Shown in pieces: positions 59,752-63,869 of a stretch of DNA of 63,869 nucleotides. The notes below the pieces were generated by a model. The model had not been told where the DNA came from, made no database searches, and was given only the letters and a program-made list of their open reading frames with translations. The stretch comes from a virus. Taxonomy: Duplodnaviria > Caudoviricetes. The stretch is taken from the IMG/VR virus record IMGVR_UViG_3300027816_000108, positions 1 through 63,869 of that record; one strand, given 5' to 3'. Position 1 is the first letter of the stretch. Every line of letters begins with the position of its first letter. A program made the translations under genes and the position numbers.

Positions 59752-60026
59752 ACGGTTTGAGTGGTTTTTAAAAGTACAATCTGCTTTTCGAGTTCGTGTA
59801 TCTTATCTGAGATTTCACGGTGGGCTATGATATTGTGGGCTATGATTTCCTCACATCCCACCGCAGTTTCACCCCTGAATATTCTATCGGTTTTGCGCCA
59901 CGCATTATACACCGTTCTGTCGGGGTAAATACACACCATTACATCCATGTGTGTGCCATTCTTTGCTTCTGATTCGATTGCGTCAAGTATTAACGCAACG
60001 TTGTTTAAAATTGCTTGTTTGTCCAT
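59748..60026 (-). CDS. Hypothetical protein
   Basis: After a TACATTTG promoter. Confidence 0.65.
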   Translation of the reverse strand: MDKQAILNNVALILDAIESEAKNGTHMDVMVCIYPDRTVYNAWRKTDRIFRGETAVGCEEIIAHNIIAHREISDKIHELEKQIVLLKTTQTV

Positions 60027-60061
60027 ATCCGTGTTGTTTAAATTGTTTCACAAATGTAATA

Positions 60062-60289
60062 CTAATTTTGTTTTCCACCAAATTTATTTTTTATCAACGG
60101 GTCAAACCCATAGTATCTCAGGTGTTTATCTTGTATGTCGAACATTTCTTTTCGGGTTTGTCGAATGTTATTCACGATATATTCCCGTGATGCTTTACCC
60201 TTTAATGTGAGGTAATACTCACACTTTGTTCTGAGGGTATGGATGTACGGGTAAATTGCCCGTGCTTTATTTTTTAGTTTTTCGTTCAT
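60062..60289 (-). CDS. Hypothetical protein
   Basis: Small early-region ORF. Confidence 0.55.
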   Translation of the reverse strand: MNEKLKNKARAIYPYIHTLRTKCEYYLTLKGKASREYIVNNIRQTRKEMFDIQDKHLRYYGFDPLIKNKFGGKQN

Positions 60290-60292
60290 GGC

Positions 60293-60484
60293 TTATCGGG
60301 TATTTGTTTCACACAATAATTTCAGCCCCATGCGCTCACTTTTATACAGCGTCATGCGTTCGTTACCCGATAAATGGGGAAATACATCGGTTGTCTTTAC
60401 CCTGATACGGGGGTTCTCTTGTTTCACGATTCTTTGGCACTCTGCCAATACTTTTAAATCGTATTTTTCGATTGTGTTATACAT
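60293..60484 (-). CDS. Hypothetical protein
   Basis: Small early-region ORF. Confidence 0.55.
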   Translation of the reverse strand: MYNTIEKYDLKVLAECQRIVKQENPRIRVKTTDVFPHLSGNERMTLYKSERMGLKLLCETNTR

Positions 60485-60587
60485 ATTATTTTAGAATAAT
60501 TGGGTTAGTAAATAATAAACTATGTAGCCCGCACCCCCTATCAATAGGGTAATTTCCCATGCTTTTCTGTTCATGGCTTTTAGGCTG

Positions 60588-60824
60588 TCATTTAGGTTGC
60601 TTAGGTGTCGTTTCATTTTTTAATTGGGTTTGTTTTAATTCGTATGCTTCTATGATTTTCCTGCACCTTTCATGGTAATAGTGGCGACTTCCCCGCCTCA
60701 TGTGTTTACAATCCTTTCTCCTGATAGGGTACACTTTATCGGTTTCCCTGTCCTTCAGGTAGGGTACTTTGTTCCACCTGAATGTGAGGTATTTTTTGGT
60801 TTGTCGCATTACAGTCAGGGGCAT
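60588..60824 (-). CDS. Hypothetical protein
   Basis: Small early-region ORF. Confidence 0.5.
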   Translation of the reverse strand: MPLTVMRQTKKYLTFRWNKVPYLKDRETDKVYPIRRKDCKHMRRGSRHYYHERCRKIIEAYELKQTQLKNETTPKQPK

Positions 60825-61008
60825 GGTGTTATCCTTTTAGTATAAATTTTTTAACATAATTAGCTGTCAATTTCCCGCTATCAATAAAGCCCTGAGTAAT
60901 TGGGATAAGGGTGATATGGATATATTTACCCACTACTTCAGCCCGTTCCACGTTGTAACTACTCAGAACTTTATTGTAATTTTCGGGGGTGTATTTAATT
61001 TTCACGGG

Positions 61009-61218
61009 TTAGTAGCTCCATTTTTGCCATTTCATGCCTTCGCATAGGGCATCAGATAGCACGGTAAAAAGGCTTTTATACAGGGTTGGTAGTGTTTCCC
61101 ATTGGGTTATTTCTACCCCATTAATAAAGTAGGAAATATAAGCCTTGTTTGTTTCCTTTTCGGTTGCTAATACACTTAGGCATTTGCCGTGTATTTCGAT
61201 TGATTCTAATACTTTCAT
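61009..61218 (-). CDS. Hypothetical protein
   Basis: ATGA overlap. Confidence 0.55.
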   Translation of the reverse strand: MKVLESIEIHGKCLSVLATEKETNKAYISYFINGVEITQWETLPTLYKSLFTVLSDALCEGMKWQKWSY

Positions 61219-61424
61219 GCTTTTACGATTTTAAAGTTTTGTTTATTGTAATTGGTTGACTTCAATAGGTCATTCATTTTACCCCTACAAACTGGATACG
61301 GGGCTGTTTTAACCACTATTTCACCCCTGTACAGTAGATTGTATAGTTTTGGGGCTTTAGTTGATTTAGGGGCTTTATTTGTGGGCAAGCCGTAACCTGC
61401 CCACATTTTGGAATAGATATTCAT
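61215..61424 (-). CDS. Hypothetical protein
   Basis: Small early-region ORF. Confidence 0.55.
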   Translation of the reverse strand: MNIYSKMWAGYGLPTNKAPKSTKAPKLYNLLYRGEIVVKTAPYPVCRGKMNDLLKSTNYNKQNFKIVKA

Positions 61425-61606
61425 ACACTAATTATTGTGTAAGTGTTTAAAAATCTGAACTTTGCGAAGCAGTTGCCTGTATTTTGCTTCGAGTTTTTCA
61501 TGGCTGCGGGTGCAATATCCGCACACAGGCCGCCCGTTTTTCATTAGCATCAGGGAATGAACGCCCGATTTTGAGGTTGAAATGATTAATTGCATGGCTG
61601 TATTAA

Positions 61607-61852
61607 TTAAATTGCGACCGTTTCATTTTTTACTTTCCTGTTTATTAAACGGGTTGGGTATCCCGTAAATCTGTACTCCCTTAAATCGTGCCCTATTAAA
61701 GAATATTCTTTTTGTCTGCCTTGTTTATCGGTATAAAAAACTCCCGATTTTTCAAAGTTCAAAAATTGGCTGTTGGTTTCATAGGTTGAAACATCCTCCC
61801 AACCGAAGCCGTAATTCTGTTGAATAACTGAGAAATAGCTGTACTTTTTCAT
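61607..61852 (-). CDS. Hypothetical protein
   Basis: IQQNYGFGWEDV; same start context (TTAATACCATGAAAAA) as the upstream gene. Confidence 0.65.
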   Translation of the reverse strand: MKKYSYFSVIQQNYGFGWEDVSTYETNSQFLNFEKSGVFYTDKQGRQKEYSLIGHDLREYRFTGYPTRLINRKVKNETVAI

Positions 61853-61942
61853 GGTATTAAATATTTAAAGGTTTAAAAAATTGATTAATTTGTGCGGGTT
61901 AACCCTGCGAGGGTTGCACGGCCTAACCGTACCCGCTTTGTG

Positions 61943-62812
61943 TTAAATTGCCCGTATATATTCCACCTGTTCAGCGGGGATATTATGGCAGCCTATTTTG
62001 ATATATTTGGGGCTTACCTCACTAACCGAATAATTTAACACACTGTCGCCTTGTCTCAACGTGCCGTTTTTATATGCTTCGGCATATCTTTTTGCCACGT
62101 CAATAGGCAATTTCACGCCCTTGCTTGTTTCAACTTGCCCGTCAATAACCCGTAAAATAGTAATGTCTGACAAGTTGATATATTTATTTAGTATAAGGCG
62201 TTCAGAAGGTTTAATTTGCTCGCTTATCTGTTCATATGGTAAGCCCGCCCGCCACAGTTTTATATACTTGTAAAAAAGTTTGCTGCCCTTTTCCTGAATG
62301 ATTTTAGCTTCTTTTTTGGCTGCTTCGGCCTGTTTACTTACTAACTGTTCAGCGTTTTCAAAGGTAAGTAAAAGCAGTTTTTTCAGTTCTTTAGTAGGTT
62401 TAACGGCCATAAATTCACAGTATGTTTTAGCCTCATTTTGCAGGTGCTGAATAGCGGTAAAATACTTTTCAGGCTTACGGGCTGTTCTCATTGCTTTTAA
62501 ATTCGATTCTATTTCACGTTGCCACGTACTGAAATTATCTGAATGACTGCCGTCAATATATGGGGCGTAAACTTTTGGCAAATGTGAACAGGCTGCCCGA
62601 ACTATTGAAATATGTTTTGCAGTTGTATTGCTATATGAACGGGTTGTAAATAGCACCTTCCCGTTTATATGCTTTGCAATAGGAAAGTGACGCCCATATG
62701 AATAGATAGTGTCACCGTCAAAATAAAAACTACGGTTTGAATTGGTTGCTTCGCTTTGTACTTTGTTTGCCCAATAGTGAGCAACGGTTTGAGGGTCTAA
62801 AACTTTTTTCAT
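61943..62812 (-). CDS. Conserved early phage protein
   Basis: IYSYGRHFPIA, YSNTTAKH, VETSKG, KIGCH.I. Confidence 0.75.
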   Translation of the reverse strand: MKKVLDPQTVAHYWANKVQSEATNSNRSFYFDGDTIYSYGRHFPIAKHINGKVLFTTRSYSNTTAKHISIVRAACSHLPKVYAPYIDGSHSDNFSTWQREIESNLKAMRTARKPEKYFTAIQHLQNEAKTYCEFMAVKPTKELKKLLLLTFENAEQLVSKQAEAAKKEAKIIQEKGSKLFYKYIKLWRAGLPYEQISEQIKPSERLILNKYINLSDITILRVIDGQVETSKGVKLPIDVAKRYAEAYKNGTLRQGDSVLNYSVSEVSPKYIKIGCHNIPAEQVEYIRAI

Positions 62813-62962
62813 GGTATTAATGATTAAATGATTAATATGGGGTTAATTTTTTAACGAGTACAAAGGTATAGCAAATGTATTACGTGTCAATACCCTGAAC
62901 ACAAAAAAACATATTTATTTTTGCTATGCACTGAAAATCAGCACAATATTTTTACACTTTGT

Positions 62963-63869
62963 AATACATTTAGAATGGTTCTAAATAATATTTCCCCTTC
63001 ATACGCTGTTGAAAAGGTAGTTTATACACCGTCTATTTAACATAATATTAAACGGAGTGGGCGGGGTTATTACTCTTCCTTACAATCAAAATACTGATAG
63101 TTTGACCTGCAAAAGTACAGTATTCATTTGCCACCCCCAAAATTGAGGATATTACCCCTTGTTTCATTGCCCTGTAGGTTTGTTCTGTATATTTTGGCTT
63201 TACCCCTTATCTGACAAGGGTTTGCTTTGGTTAGTGCTGCGTGCATTGAGCGGGGTTTGAGGTTGTAATGAGCGCAAAGTGAAACCAACGTACGCCAAAC
63301 TGTTAATTCATTACCCCGTGAATAGATATAAACTTTCATAAATACTGATACTTTGAGGAACAAAAGTACAACATTTCACCCCAACAAACAAGTGGTATCA
63401 ATTCCTTTTTAGGGGTTAATATCAAATGATAATTATTCTCATTTAGGAATGTTTCAATCTAAAGTTTTAATTCAGGCGGGAGGGTGCAACGTGCACACAA
63501 TCAGCCCCAAACAGGGGGCAGCCCCGAAACGGGGTAGGGGTGTTTTTATACGAACACACGAGGCACGGATTGGGGGGGATAACCAACATCTTGAGCACAG
63601 GATTGTGATTTTGGGGCAACTCCCGTAAATAAGCATTGTTTAACCCCCCGTCACTGACAATGGATAATGAAATATGAGTTATTGCCCTCCCCCAAAAGGG
63701 TATGGGGTCAATGCCACGCTTTTTTACAAAGGGTTATTAAATTAGCTATACTCCCTTTTAGGGTAGTGGTTTAGCCAACATCTTGTACAATGTTGTGTTT
63801 TTTGTGTAACCCCTGTAAATGTATGGGGGGGGGGGGTTATATGCCGTATGGGGGTTTTTAAAATGGGGG
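62963..63869. repeat. Right direct terminal repeat (imperfect)
   Basis: Matches 1-907 except 63074-63360. Confidence 0.95.
63124..63339 (-). CDS. Small hypothetical protein, terminal-repeat allele B
   Basis: Homologous to 151..375; TACTTTTG promoter at 63368..63361. Confidence 0.75.
   Translation of the reverse strand: MKVYIYSRGNELTVWRTLVSLCAHYNLKPRSMHAALTKANPCQIRGKAKIYRTNLQGNETRGNILNFGGGK

Noticed and set aside
1-63869. tRNA genes accompanying the LeuRS; integrase; reverse transcriptase/DGR
   Set aside because: No cloverleaf with T-loop and acceptor stem, no tyrosine-recombinase or RT motifs, and no TR/VR pair were noticed by eye. tRNAscan and HMM searches are needed to exclude them.
1-63869. 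Stop-codon reassignment as in some crAss-like phages
   Set aside because: Long genes are intact in the standard code, and TAA, TAG and TGA all terminate genes.

Overview
This window looks like an essentially complete ~63 kb dsDNA podovirus-type phage genome bounded by an imperfect ~907 bp direct terminal repeat. Abundant TAnnTTTG (-7 box) promoters point to a Bacteroidota host. It carries a crAss-like head/tail block (TerL, portal, scaffold, major capsid, ring proteins, nozzle), large ejection/polyvalent proteins, a holin-amidase-spanin lysis set, a VirE-N primase/SF4 helicase and SSBs. I saw no integrase, DNA polymerase, RNA polymerase or tRNA. The main unexplained structure is an integrase-less integron-like system: five attC-bounded cassettes at 54.5-57.35 kb and a single cassette at 8.4-8.67 kb. 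Both loci are headed by the same 64 bp attI-like site, all ORFs lie antisense to the attC polarity, and two ORFs start inside the attC hairpin loop. Other highlights: a half-size LeuRS without the editing domain; a Fur-family protein, a ferritin and Fur-box-like palindromes; terminal repeats that carry two different alleles of one small gene; and at least ten apparently leaderless promoters. All calls come from manual reading and motif recognition; no database searches were run.
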